Source: Myxococcota bacterium (GTDB lineage Bacteria > Myxococcota_A > UBA9160 > UBA4427). From it: DNA of 64,000 bases. Below the pieces are notes generated by a model, which was given only the letters and a program-made list of their open reading frames with translations, did no database searches and was not told the DNA's origin. Made by a program: the position numbers and the translations under genes. Shown here one piece after another: positions 38,328 through 48,390 of the stretch (position 1 is the stretch's first letter; each line of letters starts with the position of its first letter). The stretch lies in NCBI GenBank assembly GCA_965250285.1, contig OZ252299.1:1984001-2048000 (forward strand), in the 5' to 3' direction.

Positions 38328-40072
38328 GCACGGCAGCCGTCGACACGAACGATTCGACCCTCGATCTCGGTGAGATCCTGATTCGAACGACGCGGCTCGA
38401 GCCCGAGCAGCTGGCGCAGGCCCGCATCCTCCAGGCCGAGACCCATGCTCGGCTCGACGAGATCCTCGTACGCGAGGGGTTCCTCAAGCCCGACGAGGTG
38501 CTCGCCGGGCTCGCCGAGCAGCTCGACGTGCCGATTCGGTCCGAGATCCCTTCGGAGGACGTCGACGACACCCTGATCGAGCGCGTCCCGATCGCGTTCG
38601 CGAAGCAGCACGGCGTGCTGCCGATCCGGGTGACCGAGGACGGCGCCGTGCTCGTGGTCGCATCGGACGTCCTCGCGACCGCGCCGCTCGACGACCTCCG
38701 CATGCTCTTCGACGGCGCCGAGATCCAGCTCGAGCTCGCGACCGAGCGCGTGATCATCAGCGCCATCAATCAGGCCTACGACCGCGGCACGACGTCGACC
38801 GATCAGCTCGCCGAAGAGGCGGAGGACGACCTCGACGCCCTGGCCGACGAGGTCAGCCACGAGCCCGAGGATCTGCTCGAGGCAACCGACGACGCGCCGA
38901 TCATTCGCCTGGTGAACTCGATGCTGCAGCACGCGGTGAAGGAGCGCGCGAGCGACATCCACATCGAGCCGTTCGAGCGCGAGATTCGCGTGCGGTTTCG
39001 CATCGACGACGTGCTCTACGAGCCGATGAAGCCCCTGCCCCGCAAGCTGCAGGCGTCGATCGCCAGCCGCATCAAGATCATGGGCAATCTCGACATCGCC
39101 GAGAAGCGCCTGCCCCAGGACGGTCGCATCAAGCTGAAGATCGCCGGCCGCGGCTATGACGTGCGCCTGTCGACCGTCCCCGTCGCGTATGGCGAGCGGC
39201 TCGTGATGCGTCTGCTGCCCGACAGCCAGGAGCTCGTCGACCTCGAAAAGCTCGGCATGAACGAGCAGCAACTCGCGAGCCTCGACCGCGTGATCTTTCG
39301 ACCGAACGGCATCTTCCTCGTCACGGGCCCGACGGGCTCGGGTAAGACGACCACCCTGCACGCGTGTCTGGCCAAGGTGAACGGGCCAGAGAAGAACATC
39401 ATCACCGTCGAAGATCCAGTCGAAATCACCCAGCCGGGCATCGGGCAGATCGAGGTCAACCCGAAGATCAACCTGACGTTCTCGGCCGGGCTGCGCGCGA
39501 TCCTGCGCCAGGACCCGAACGTCGTGCTCGTCGGCGAGATTCGAGACAAGGAGACGGCCGACATCGCGATCCAGGCCTCGCTGACCGGCCACCTCGTGAT
39601 GTCGACGCTGCACACCAACGACGCCGCCTCGGCGATCACGCGCCTGGTCGACATGGGCGTCGAGCCCTTCCTGGTCGGCTCGTCGCTCGTCGCCGTGCTC
39701 GCCCAGCGCCTGGTGCGCGTCCTCTGCGACTCGTGCAAAACCGGCTACGAAGCGAGCGACGACGAGCTGCGCGAGATCGGCGTCCGACCGCCCGGCCGAC
39801 CCGTCACGGTGTACCGCGGCGAAGGCTGCAGCCAGTGCGGGTTCACCGGCTACCGCGGCCGCGTCGGGATCTACGAGATGATGGTGGTCGACGACGACAT
39901 TCGCGGCCTCATCACGCGCAACATCGACGCGAAGACGATCAAGAAGAGCGCGATCGGCAAGGGCATGGGCACGCTCCGCGCCGACGGCGCGCGCAAGGTA
40001 CTCGCCGGCGTCACGTCGGTGGCCGAGGTGCTACGCGCCACCGAAGAAGAAGGCGCTGCGGCGCAGATCTAG
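38324..40072 (+). CDS. gspE: Type II secretion ATPase E
   Basis: ASDIHIEP, GPTGSGKTT, LRQDP, TLHTNDA, tetracysteine CDSC...CSQC; GTG 38324. Confidence 0.96.
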   Translation: MSTAAVDTNDSTLDLGEILIRTTRLEPEQLAQARILQAETHARLDEILVREGFLKPDEVLAGLAEQLDVPIRSEIPSEDVDDTLIERVPIAFAKQHGVLPIRVTEDGAVLVVASDVLATAPLDDLRMLFDGAEIQLELATERVIISAINQAYDRGTTSTDQLAEEAEDDLDALADEVSHEPEDLLEATDDAPIIRLVNSMLQHAVKERASDIHIEPFEREIRVRFRIDDVLYEPMKPLPRKLQASIASRIKIMGNLDIAEKRLPQDGRIKLKIAGRGYDVRLSTVPVAYGERLVMRLLPDSQELVDLEKLGMNEQQLASLDRVIFRPNGIFLVTGPTGSGKTTTLHACLAKVNGPEKNIITVEDPVEITQPGIGQIEVNPKINLTFSAGLRAILRQDPNVVLVGEIRDKETADIAIQASLTGHLVMSTLHTNDAASAITRLVDMGVEPFLVGSSLVAVLAQRLVRVLCDSCKTGYEASDDELREIGVRPPGRPVTVYRGEGCSQCGFTGYRGRVGIYEMMVVDDDIRGLITRNIDAKTIKKSAIGKGMGTLRADGARKVLAGVTSVAEVLRATEEEGAAAQI

Positions 40073-40146
40073 CGCCGGCCGCCGCGATCCACCCCCCGAA
40101 AGCGATTCGCAGCGGCGCCGCATGAAGGACGAAGGACGACCACATC

Positions 40147-41385
40147 GTGCCGGTCTACGCCTACAAGGGAGTCGCCCAGTCGGGGCGCACCACGAAGGGA
40201 ACGGTGAGCGCCGAGAGCATGCGCACCGCTCGGGCGAAGCTGCGCGGCGACGGCGTCTATCTCACGGATATCAGTGAGACCAACGCGACAGTCGAGAGCG
40301 TCGAGAAGCAGACGGGCGGCAGCGGGCTCAACTTCGAGATCAACCTGCCCCGCCGCATCCCGCCGATGGAGCGCGCGATCGCGACCCGGCAGCTCGCGAC
40401 GCTGGTTTCGGCGGGGATTCCGCTCGTCGAGGCGCTCGGCGCGCTCGTGACCCAGATCGATCACGCGCCCCTCAAGGCCGTGATGGCGACCGTGCGTGAT
40501 CGTGTGAACGAGGGCTCGAGCCTCGCCGACGCGCTCCAGTCGACGGGCAAATTCGACACGCTCTACGTGAGCATGGTGAAGGCCGGAGAGGCCGGCGGCC
40601 ACCTCGACGCCGTCCTGCTGCGGATCGCCGACTACCTCGAAGAGTCGGTCGCGATGAGCAGCAAGGTCACGTCGATCATGGTCTACCCGTCGGTGATGTT
40701 GGGCTTCGCGTTCCTCGTGGTCGGCGTGCTCGTGACGTTCATCCTGCCCCAGATCACGGGTCTGCTCGCATCGATGGGCGGCGAGCTGCCGGCCATCACG
40801 CGATGGATCATCGCGGTGAGCGACTTCGCCACGAGCTGGTGGTGGGCGATCCTGATCGCGGTCGTCGCTCTGATCTTCGCGATCCGCCAGGTCGCACGCA
40901 CCGAAGCCGGTGGCGCCGCGATCGACCGCATGGCGCTGGCCACGCCGGTCGTCGGCCGGCTCGTCCGGTTCGTCTCGATCTCGCGCTTCTCGAGAACACT
41001 CGGCAGCATGCTCTCGAGCGGCGTCAACATCATCCAGGCGATGGACATCGCAAAGAGCGTCACGTCGAACAGCGTCATCGCGTCGGTCGTCGACGAAGCC
41101 AAGGGCGCCGTCATCGAGGGCTCGAGCCTTGCGTCGACGCTCCGCCAGAGCCGGGAGTTTCCGTCGATGGTGGTCACGATGGTCGAGGTCGGCGAGCGCG
41201 CAGGCGAGCTCGACTCGATGCTGCTGCGGGTCGCCGAGACCTATGACCAGCAGGTCGAGACCACGGTCGAGCGTCTGACCTCGCTGCTCGAACCGCTGCT
41301 CATCCTCGTCATGGTCGGCGTGGTGATGATCATCGTGCTCTCCGTCCTGATGCCCCTGATGGAATTGACCAACTCGCTCAACTGA
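40147..41385 (+). CDS. gspF: Type II secretion inner-membrane platform protein F
   Basis: TRQLATLVSAGIPL, GEAGG, YP, GERAGELD, LLEP. Confidence 0.95.
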   Translation: MPVYAYKGVAQSGRTTKGTVSAESMRTARAKLRGDGVYLTDISETNATVESVEKQTGGSGLNFEINLPRRIPPMERAIATRQLATLVSAGIPLVEALGALVTQIDHAPLKAVMATVRDRVNEGSSLADALQSTGKFDTLYVSMVKAGEAGGHLDAVLLRIADYLEESVAMSSKVTSIMVYPSVMLGFAFLVVGVLVTFILPQITGLLASMGGELPAITRWIIAVSDFATSWWWAILIAVVALIFAIRQVARTEAGGAAIDRMALATPVVGRLVRFVSISRFSRTLGSMLSSGVNIIQAMDIAKSVTSNSVIASVVDEAKGAVIEGSSLASTLRQSREFPSMVVTMVEVGERAGELDSMLLRVAETYDQQVETTVERLTSLLEPLLILVMVGVVMIIVLSVLMPLMELTNSLN

Positions 41386-41456
41386 GTCGCGCCGGCCAGC
41401 GTGCGCCGCGCTCGACACGCCTCGTTTCTCGCTCTCGCCCAACGCAAGGAGTCCTC

Positions 41457-41918
41457 ATGCACCCCTCCCCTCGTCGCCAAGATCGTCGCCGCGCAGGCGG
41501 CTTCACCCTGATCGAGATCATCGCCGTCGTCGTGATCATCGGCCTGCTCACGACGCTCGTCGGCGTCAACATCGCTGGCCGCATCGAAGGCGCCAAGGCG
41601 TCGGCCGCCAAGGCGCAGATCGCGCAGCTCGAGAGCGCGCTCGAGTTCTACAAGCTCGACAACGGCCGCTACCCGAGCTCGGGCCAGGGCCTGGAGGCGC
41701 TCGTCACGAAGCCTTCCGGCGACCCGGCGCCGCGCAACTATCCGCCCGGCGGGTACCTGAAGAATCGCGACCTGCTGCTCGATCCCTGGGGCCTGCCGTA
41801 CGAGTACACGAGCCCGGGGGAGCGCAACCCCCATGGCTTCGACATCTGGACGCTCGGCCCCGACGGCCAGGCGGGCAACGACGACGTCGGCAACTGGAGC
41901 AACGACGGCGATCAGTAG
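41457..41918 (+). CDS. gspG: Major pseudopilin G
   Basis: GFTLIE prepilin site, YKLDNGRYP, DPWG, GPDG. Confidence 0.95.
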   Translation: MHPSPRRQDRRRAGGFTLIEIIAVVVIIGLLTTLVGVNIAGRIEGAKASAAKAQIAQLESALEFYKLDNGRYPSSGQGLEALVTKPSGDPAPRNYPPGGYLKNRDLLLDPWGLPYEYTSPGERNPHGFDIWTLGPDGQAGNDDVGNWSNDGDQ

Positions 41919-41930
41919 GAGCAGCACGCG

Positions 41931-42572
41931 ATGAGCGGCCGCGGGGATCAGAGAGCGCGCGCCGACGGCTTCACGCTCATCGAGCTGATCGCCGTGGTGC
42001 TGATCCTCGGCCTGGCGATGAGCCTGGTCATCCCGAACCTGACCGCGACCCGCGCAAACCGGCTGCAGGGCGTGGCCCGCAAGATCGCGCACCAACTCGA
42101 GACGGCGCGCCAGCGCGCGATCACCTCGGGCGTCCCTCACCGGCTGTACATCGACCTCGAAGCGGGCTTCTTTCGCGTCGACTGGTGGGTCGACGAAGCC
42201 ACCGCCTACCCCGACCTCGCCGAAGAGCAGCGACCGATGCGCGCGGGGCTCCCCGTCGACGAGCGAACCGGCGAGCTCGACCTCACCGGGCCGCTGCCGA
42301 TGTCGCCGCCGATCGGCGACGCCCCGGACTTCTTCCCGATCACGAGCCAGTTCGGCCGCGACACCTACCTCCCCGAGGACTACTACTTCGTCGGCATCGA
42401 CAGCGCGAGCGGCTGGCACGAGTCGGGCGCCGTCGAGGTCGTCTTCGGGTCGGATGGCGTCGCCGAGTACTCCGAGATCCACCTCGCCGACGCTTGGGAC
42501 AACGAGGTCGTGCTCGAGGTCGAGCCCCTGCTCGAGCTGATCCGCATTCGGGACGGGGGCGACGATGTCTAA
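41931..42572 (+). CDS. gspH: Minor pseudopilin H
   Basis: GFTLIEL prepilin site; operon position. Confidence 0.8.
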   Translation: MSGRGDQRARADGFTLIELIAVVLILGLAMSLVIPNLTATRANRLQGVARKIAHQLETARQRAITSGVPHRLYIDLEAGFFRVDWWVDEATAYPDLAEEQRPMRAGLPVDERTGELDLTGPLPMSPPIGDAPDFFPITSQFGRDTYLPEDYYFVGIDSASGWHESGAVEVVFGSDGVAEYSEIHLADAWDNEVVLEVEPLLELIRIRDGGDDV

Positions 42573-43116
42573 CCTCCCTCCCTGCGGTCACCCGTCGAAC
42601 GACGCCGGCTTCACCCTCTTCGAGGTGCTGGCGGCCGCGCTCGTGCTCGTGATGGTCGGCGTGCTCACGATCGGCAGCATGAACACGAACCTGGCGCACA
42701 TGAGCGACGCGCGGATCCGCCTCGAAGCGGGCCGCATCGCCGACGCGGCGCTGGCCGATCTCGAAGCGCTGCTCTTCGACGGCACAGCGCCGGCGATCGC
42801 GTCGGAAGAGACCGAGCTCGGCGACTTTCGCATCGCCACGCACGTGACGCCGCTGGGCGTGCTCTTCGTTCCCCCGGATGACGCCGAAGACGAAGAAGCG
42901 GCCTCGAACCTCCACTCGATGATCGCCGAAGAGTTCCCGGGCCTGCCGCGCAACGTGCGCGTCCTGCACGTGCGGGTCGCCTGGGGCAACCCACTGGCCC
43001 CCGAGTTCGTCGAACGGACGACGATCGGCTTCGACCACGCTGCGGCGCTCGAGGCCTTCCAGCAGCTCGGTCAGAACCAGGCGGGCGAGGAGGCGGCGAC
43101 CGATGCGCCGCAGTGA
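42565..43116 (+). CDS. gspI: Minor pseudopilin I
   Basis: GFTLFEV prepilin site; V.W motif; operon position. Confidence 0.78.
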   Translation: MSNLPPCGHPSNDAGFTLFEVLAAALVLVMVGVLTIGSMNTNLAHMSDARIRLEAGRIADAALADLEALLFDGTAPAIASEETELGDFRIATHVTPLGVLFVPPDDAEDEEAASNLHSMIAEEFPGLPRNVRVLHVRVAWGNPLAPEFVERTTIGFDHAAALEAFQQLGQNQAGEEAATDAPQ

Positions 43117-44074
43117 CCCGGTCACGCTCGGCCCGCGCCCCGCGTCGAACCGCCTCGAAGCCTCGAGGCGTACGGGCTTCACGCTGCTCGAGACGCTCGC
43201 TGCCGTCATGGTGACGGCGCTGATCGTCGCGTTCGCGCTCGGTGCCTACGTGCAGATCGCCGACACCTCCGAGCAAGCAACGCTGCGGCTGCGCGACGAC
43301 CTGCACGCCGCGACCATCATGGATCGACTCGCCGAAGACCTGCGGTCGGCGTTTCTCGTGGTCAAGCCCGACGAGCTCGACCCGCTGAGCCACCCCTGGT
43401 ACTTCGTATCCGAGTCGCGCGAGTCGTTCTCGGGCTCGGACGCGATCCGCTTCATCGGCCGACGTCACCGCAGCTACCAGCCCGACGAGCACTCCTCCGA
43501 CTTCGCCCAGGTCGCCTATCAGGTGACGACCGACGAGGAGGGCCTGCAGTCGCTGCATCGTTGGGTCGTCGTCGGCCTGCCCGATGCCTACGAGCCCGTC
43601 TTTCCGTTGACCGACGACGAGCGCAGCCACGTACTCGGCCAGGGGTTGTCGGGGTTCACGCTGCGGTTTCTCGACGGCGAGGGGGAGTGGGTCGAAACCT
43701 GGGACTCCACCCAGCTCGAACAGTCGAGCACGTTGCCGATCTCGATCGAGATCGCCTTCGACATGGGTCTGCCGCCGGAGGACGACGGTTTCGGCGAGCC
43801 GCAATACGTGCGCCGAGTCGTGCTGCCGATGCAGCCGCTCGACGTGCAGGGCATGATCGTCGCCGCCGCCGAGCAGGTCGCCGGCATCGACGGGAGCGGC
43901 GACGAGGACGACCCCGACGGCGAGGATGCAGCCGAGGCGCAGGCGCTGCTCCAGTGCATTCAGCAGGCGTGCCTCGGCCAGTTCTCGGGCGAGGTCTGCG
44001 CTGCCGTGAATGCGCTCGGCGCGAGCGCCACGCTCGAGCAGCTGCTGCCGTACGCCGGTCAGGCGGGCTGCTGA
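43103..44074 (+). CDS. gspJ: Minor pseudopilin J with Cys-containing C-terminal extension
   Basis: GFTLLET, DLRSA, WVETWDS...LP; operon position. Confidence 0.8.
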   Translation: MRRSDPVTLGPRPASNRLEASRRTGFTLLETLAAVMVTALIVAFALGAYVQIADTSEQATLRLRDDLHAATIMDRLAEDLRSAFLVVKPDELDPLSHPWYFVSESRESFSGSDAIRFIGRRHRSYQPDEHSSDFAQVAYQVTTDEEGLQSLHRWVVVGLPDAYEPVFPLTDDERSHVLGQGLSGFTLRFLDGEGEWVETWDSTQLEQSSTLPISIEIAFDMGLPPEDDGFGEPQYVRRVVLPMQPLDVQGMIVAAAEQVAGIDGSGDEDDPDGEDAAEAQALLQCIQQACLGQFSGEVCAAVNALGASATLEQLLPYAGQAGC

Positions 44075-45183
44075 TGACGACGCAGCCGAACCCGCCCACC
44101 CCGCCGCTCCCTCACGCACGGCGACGAGAGTCGGGCATCGCGCTCGCGATCGTGCTCGTCGTCGTGTTGCTCCTGACGCTCGTCGCCGCGACGTTTGCGA
44201 GTCGCGCCATCACGAACGGCCTCGTCAGCCGCAACAAGAACAACGGCGCCCAGGCCGAGGCCCTCGCGCGCGGCGGCGTCCGCCTCGCAACGGGCGTGCT
44301 CTTCAGCGTGCGCACGCGCCAGCTGCTCCAGCGCCTCGGTGAGCCCGACGAGCCCGAGATCGCGACGACCCAGGCCTTCTGGGCCAGGCTCGCCGACGCC
44401 CCTTCGACCACGCGCAACGGGTCGACGCTGCGCATCGTGATTCGCGACACGGCCTCGAAGCTGAACCTCAACGCCCTGCTCCGGGTCGAGGAGGAGCCCG
44501 GCGAGCTGTCTCCGGAAAGCGACGCCGAAGAGTTCCTGATCGCGTTCCTCGACAAGGTCAAGGCCGATCTGGCCGATGAGATCGGCGGCGACAGCGGTCT
44601 CTACGACACACGCGAGATGGCGCGCAATCTGCTCGACTACATGGACCCCGAGGACACCGCGATCGGCGGACGCAACGAGGATGACTACTACCTGCAGCAG
44701 GACCCGCCCCACCGGGCGGCCAACCGACCGCTCCTGTCCGTGAACGAGATCGCGATGATCGAGGGCTTCGATGCGCGGTTCGTGAAGGCGATGGAGCCCT
44801 ACGTCACGGTGCACCCGTTCGTGTTCGCTCAGGGCGTCAACGTGAACAGCGCCGACCCCTGGGTGCTCGCGACGCTCTTCGTCGGCGGCAGCGGCGACAA
44901 GCAGCTCGCCAGCGAGGACCAGGTGCGCGACCTGCTCGAAGCCCGGCGACAGGGCGGCGTCGTGTGCAGCGACGGTGCGGCGGTGCCCGAGTGCCAGTCG
45001 CTCGCGCAGATCCTGGGTCTCGGCGAGGGCGCCGTCTTTCCCGAGACCTCGCTGCCGTCGGAGGGGCTCGTCTACGAGGTCACTTCGGAGGCCACGGTGG
45101 GCGACGTCACGCGGCGGGTCATCGCGACGGTCGACATGACGGACCACGAGAATCCCCTGCTGCTATCCTGGGAGTCGAGATGA
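44074..45183 (+). CDS. gspK: Minor pseudopilin K
   Basis: GIALAIVL (no Glu5, as expected for K), KLNLN, DYMDPED, VNVNSA. Confidence 0.88.
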   Translation: MTTQPNPPTPPLPHARRRESGIALAIVLVVVLLLTLVAATFASRAITNGLVSRNKNNGAQAEALARGGVRLATGVLFSVRTRQLLQRLGEPDEPEIATTQAFWARLADAPSTTRNGSTLRIVIRDTASKLNLNALLRVEEEPGELSPESDAEEFLIAFLDKVKADLADEIGGDSGLYDTREMARNLLDYMDPEDTAIGGRNEDDYYLQQDPPHRAANRPLLSVNEIAMIEGFDARFVKAMEPYVTVHPFVFAQGVNVNSADPWVLATLFVGGSGDKQLASEDQVRDLLEARRQGGVVCSDGAAVPECQSLAQILGLGEGAVFPETSLPSEGLVYEVTSEATVGDVTRRVIATVDMTDHENPLLLSWESR

Positions 45184-45280
45184 GCTGCCCCCTCGTTCGA
45201 AGCGCACGGGTGTCGCCCCCCGCCCGGCGCCACAGGGCCGTCCCGACCGATTCGGGTGACGAGAGGAGCGCCCCGTGCCG

Positions 45281-46867
45281 ATGATGAAGACCGTCCTCGG
45301 CCTCGACCTGGGCTCGCACTCGGTGAAGGCCGTCGAGCTGCAGCAGACCCTGCGCGGCCTCGAGCCCGTGCAGATGCAGCGGCACCCGCGCTCGGAGATC
45401 GACGTCCTCGACGCCGACGGTCGCCCGCAGGTCGCGGCGGGTCTCGCTCGATTCGTCGAGCTGCACGGTCTGTCGACCGAGCACGTCGTCACGGCGCTCC
45501 CGAGCGACCGGGTCTCGACGCGTCGGCTCGAGTTTCCCTTCCGAGACAAGCGCAGGCTCGCCCAGGCGGTTCCGTTCGAGCTCGAAGGGCTGATTCCCTT
45601 CGACATCGAGGACGTCTTCGTCGACTGGATGCTCGCCTCGGGCGAGAAGTCGTCGGCCGTCGTCGCGGCCACCGTCGCCCAGCGACAGGACGTCGCCGAG
45701 ACGCTCGGCCTGCTCGATCAAGCCGAGTGCGCGCCGCGCGCACTCGAGGCCGAGGGGCTGTCGCTGGCCAACCTCGCCGCGGTCTTCGACCTGTCGGGCA
45801 CCCGACTCGTGGTCGACCTGGGGCACCGCAAGACCACCGCGTGCCTGATGATCGACGAGCAGCCGATCGCCGCGCGCAGTATCCCGATCGGCGGACTCGC
45901 GCTGACGCGGGCGATCTCGAAGGATCTGGGCCTCTCGCTCGACGGCGCCGAGCAGATGAAATGCGAGCAAGGGCTCTTCGACACCGGCTTCGGCAGCCGG
46001 TCGCCGAGCGCGCTGGCGCACCTCGACCGCATCGCGCGCGAGCTCCTGCGCACCGCCGAGGCCTACGAAGATCTGATGGGCGGTCCCGCGGCAGAGCAGC
46101 TCGACCAGATCACCCTGATCGGAGGCGGGGCCCGCCTGCACCGCATCGACGAATACCTGGCCGACCGGCTCGGCGTCTCGACGCATCGCATCGCCCTGCC
46201 CCAGGAGGCCGAGGGCGCGGCGCTCGTGGCGGGCGGTGACCCGGTCGTCTTCGCGCCCGCCATCGCACTGGCGCTCCGCGGCACGTCGCAGGCGCGCACG
46301 CAGATGAACTTCCGACAGGGGGAGTTCGCCTACCGCACGAGCTGGCGTCAGTTCCTGATCCCCGAGGCGCGACCGACGGCGATCTGGGCCGCCGTCGTGC
46401 TCGGGCTGCTCGCTTTGATCGGCATCAACTCGATCTTCGTCGAATCGATGCGCGCCGACCGTCTCGAGCAGGAGGCGGCCGACCTCTACGTGGCCCGGTT
46501 CCCCGGCAACGCCCCCGAGCGACCGATGGCTGCGATGGCGCAGGCCGTCGACGAAGCCCAGGGCAAGGCGGAGTTCCTCGGCCTCTACAACGGCAATCTG
46601 TCGGCCCTCGACATCATGACCGAGCTCTCGACCCGCGTGCCCGACGATCTCAACGTGCGTTTCGAAGAGGTGCACATCGATCGCAAGGTCGTGCGGGTGA
46701 AGGTCTCGGGCGAGAACTTCGAGGCCGCGGATCGCCTCGAGAACGTGCTCTCGGCGAGCCCGCCCTTCGAAGCGGCGAGCGTGTCGGGCCAGATCAAGAA
46801 GACCAAGGGCGGCGCCATCACCTTCGGCATCAACATCCCGCTCGAGCGCGAAGGAGAGGCATCGTGA
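45281..46867 (+). CDS. gspL: Type II secretion protein L (PilM-like actin fold plus PilN-like periplasmic part)
   Basis: LGLDLGSHSVK, VDLG, GGGA, TM segment and periplasmic domain. Confidence 0.85.
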   Translation: MMKTVLGLDLGSHSVKAVELQQTLRGLEPVQMQRHPRSEIDVLDADGRPQVAAGLARFVELHGLSTEHVVTALPSDRVSTRRLEFPFRDKRRLAQAVPFELEGLIPFDIEDVFVDWMLASGEKSSAVVAATVAQRQDVAETLGLLDQAECAPRALEAEGLSLANLAAVFDLSGTRLVVDLGHRKTTACLMIDEQPIAARSIPIGGLALTRAISKDLGLSLDGAEQMKCEQGLFDTGFGSRSPSALAHLDRIARELLRTAEAYEDLMGGPAAEQLDQITLIGGGARLHRIDEYLADRLGVSTHRIALPQEAEGAALVAGGDPVVFAPAIALALRGTSQARTQMNFRQGEFAYRTSWRQFLIPEARPTAIWAAVVLGLLALIGINSIFVESMRADRLEQEAADLYVARFPGNAPERPMAAMAQAVDEAQGKAEFLGLYNGNLSALDIMTELSTRVPDDLNVRFEEVHIDRKVVRVKVSGENFEAADRLENVLSASPPFEAASVSGQIKKTKGGAITFGINIPLEREGEAS

Positions 46868-46934
46868 TCGCCCGGCTCTCGTGCGCAGGCGATGGGCGCC
46901 ACGCTCGCGCCGGTTCGGGCCCTGGAGGCCGGCC

Positions 46935-47486
46935 GTGAACGCGCTGCTCGAACGCCTGCAGGTCGTGTGGCGCGATCTGGCCCCGCGAGAGCGGATCCTG
47001 GTCGCCGGCGCCGGCGGCGTGCTCGCCGTGGCGATCGTCGTCTTCGCCGTGATCAACCCGGTGCTCGACGCCGCCGACGGCGCCTCTCAGCGACGCGACG
47101 CGGCCGAGCAGCAGCTGCAGGCCATGAACCGTCTCGCACGCGAGTACGACCGCCTCGGCGCGCGCCTCAGTACAGTGGAAGAGCGGATCCGCACGAACCG
47201 CGAGCAGAGCAACCTGCGTTCGCTGCTCGAGAGCCTCGCGAGCCAGAGCCAGGTGCGGATCGCGTCGATGGAGGAACGCCAGGCCGGCCGCAACGACCAT
47301 TACACCGAGACCAAGCTCGAGGTGAATCTCAAGGGCGTCACCCTGAGCCAGACCGTGCGCTACCTGCACAACATCGAGTCGTCGAACCGGCAGCTGTCGG
47401 TCAAGAGCCTGCGCATCAAGTCGCAGCAAGGCGCCGACGCCCGGCTCGACGTCACGTTCTCGGTCTCGTCCTTCGAGCCCGCGTGA
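46935..47486 (+). CDS. gspM: Type II secretion protein M
   Basis: LAPRER then TM, coiled coil, ferredoxin-like C-terminus; GTG 46935. Confidence 0.83.
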   Translation: MNALLERLQVVWRDLAPRERILVAGAGGVLAVAIVVFAVINPVLDAADGASQRRDAAEQQLQAMNRLAREYDRLGARLSTVEERIRTNREQSNLRSLLESLASQSQVRIASMEERQAGRNDHYTETKLEVNLKGVTLSQTVRYLHNIESSNRQLSVKSLRIKSQQGADARLDVTFSVSSFEPA

Positions 47487-47520
47487 TGCGCGCTCCCCGC
47501 TCGACGAGAAGGCACCCCTG

Positions 47521-48390
47521 ATGCTCGATCGCATCCTCGAATGGCTCACGGCGCCGCTGCCCCGCACGGTGCGCTACGTCGTGCTGCCGATCGCGGCGTT
47601 CGGCCTGATCGTCGTGTTCGTGTTCCTCGGTTTTCCGTACGACGTGCTCGCCGACCGGGCCGTGTCGGCGCTCGAGCGCCAAACGGGCGCGGTCATTCGC
47701 TACGGCGAGGTCGAACCCAGGCTCACGGTCGGTGGCCCCGGCTTCCGGTTTCACCAGGTCGACGTTCGGCTCGAGAGCGGTGAACGCTATTCGGCTGATC
47801 CCGTCAGCGTTCGCCCCGCGTGGTCGCTCGGCTGGTTGACCGGCCGCCCCCAGCTGAGGGCGTTCCTGAAGAGCGACCACGGCAGTCTGGCTGGGTTCGT
47901 CACGGTGGGCCGCAGCTTCGGCTGGGACGGTCGCATCGTGAACCTCGACCTCGGCGTGCTCCCGTTCGCGGTCATGGGGCAGGAGGTCGATTTGAGCGGC
48001 CTCGCCGACATCGACGCCGACGTCGTCTACGAAGACGGCATCGCGACCGGCGAGGTCGACCTCAAGGCCCGTCAGGGTGAGCTCGTCTGGCCAACCGTGC
48101 CGATGCCGATCGAGTTCGACACGATCGAGGGACGCCTGCTGCTGGGCGGCGACGCCCTTGCTCAGGTCGAGGTGCTCGAGCTCGCGGGTCCGATCTTCGC
48201 GGCCGAGATCGTCGGCGTCGTCGGTCACGCCGAGCGGCCCACCCTCGCCCCGCTCGACGTCCAGATCGGCATCGATGTCGTCGAGCCTGGCATGCGACAG
48301 ATGGCCATGCAGTTCGGCGTGCCCCTCGACAGCGACGGCCGCGCCGAGTTCGACGTCGGCGGCACCGTGTCGCAGCCGGAGCTGCGATAG
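47521..48390 (+). CDS. gspN: Type II secretion protein N
   Basis: N-terminal TM, FPYD, beta-rich body, C-terminal GTVSQP; last gsp gene. Confidence 0.8.
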   Translation: MLDRILEWLTAPLPRTVRYVVLPIAAFGLIVVFVFLGFPYDVLADRAVSALERQTGAVIRYGEVEPRLTVGGPGFRFHQVDVRLESGERYSADPVSVRPAWSLGWLTGRPQLRAFLKSDHGSLAGFVTVGRSFGWDGRIVNLDLGVLPFAVMGQEVDLSGLADIDADVVYEDGIATGEVDLKARQGELVWPTVPMPIEFDTIEGRLLLGGDALAQVEVLELAGPIFAAEIVGVVGHAERPTLAPLDVQIGIDVVEPGMRQMAMQFGVPLDSDGRAEFDVGGTVSQPELR

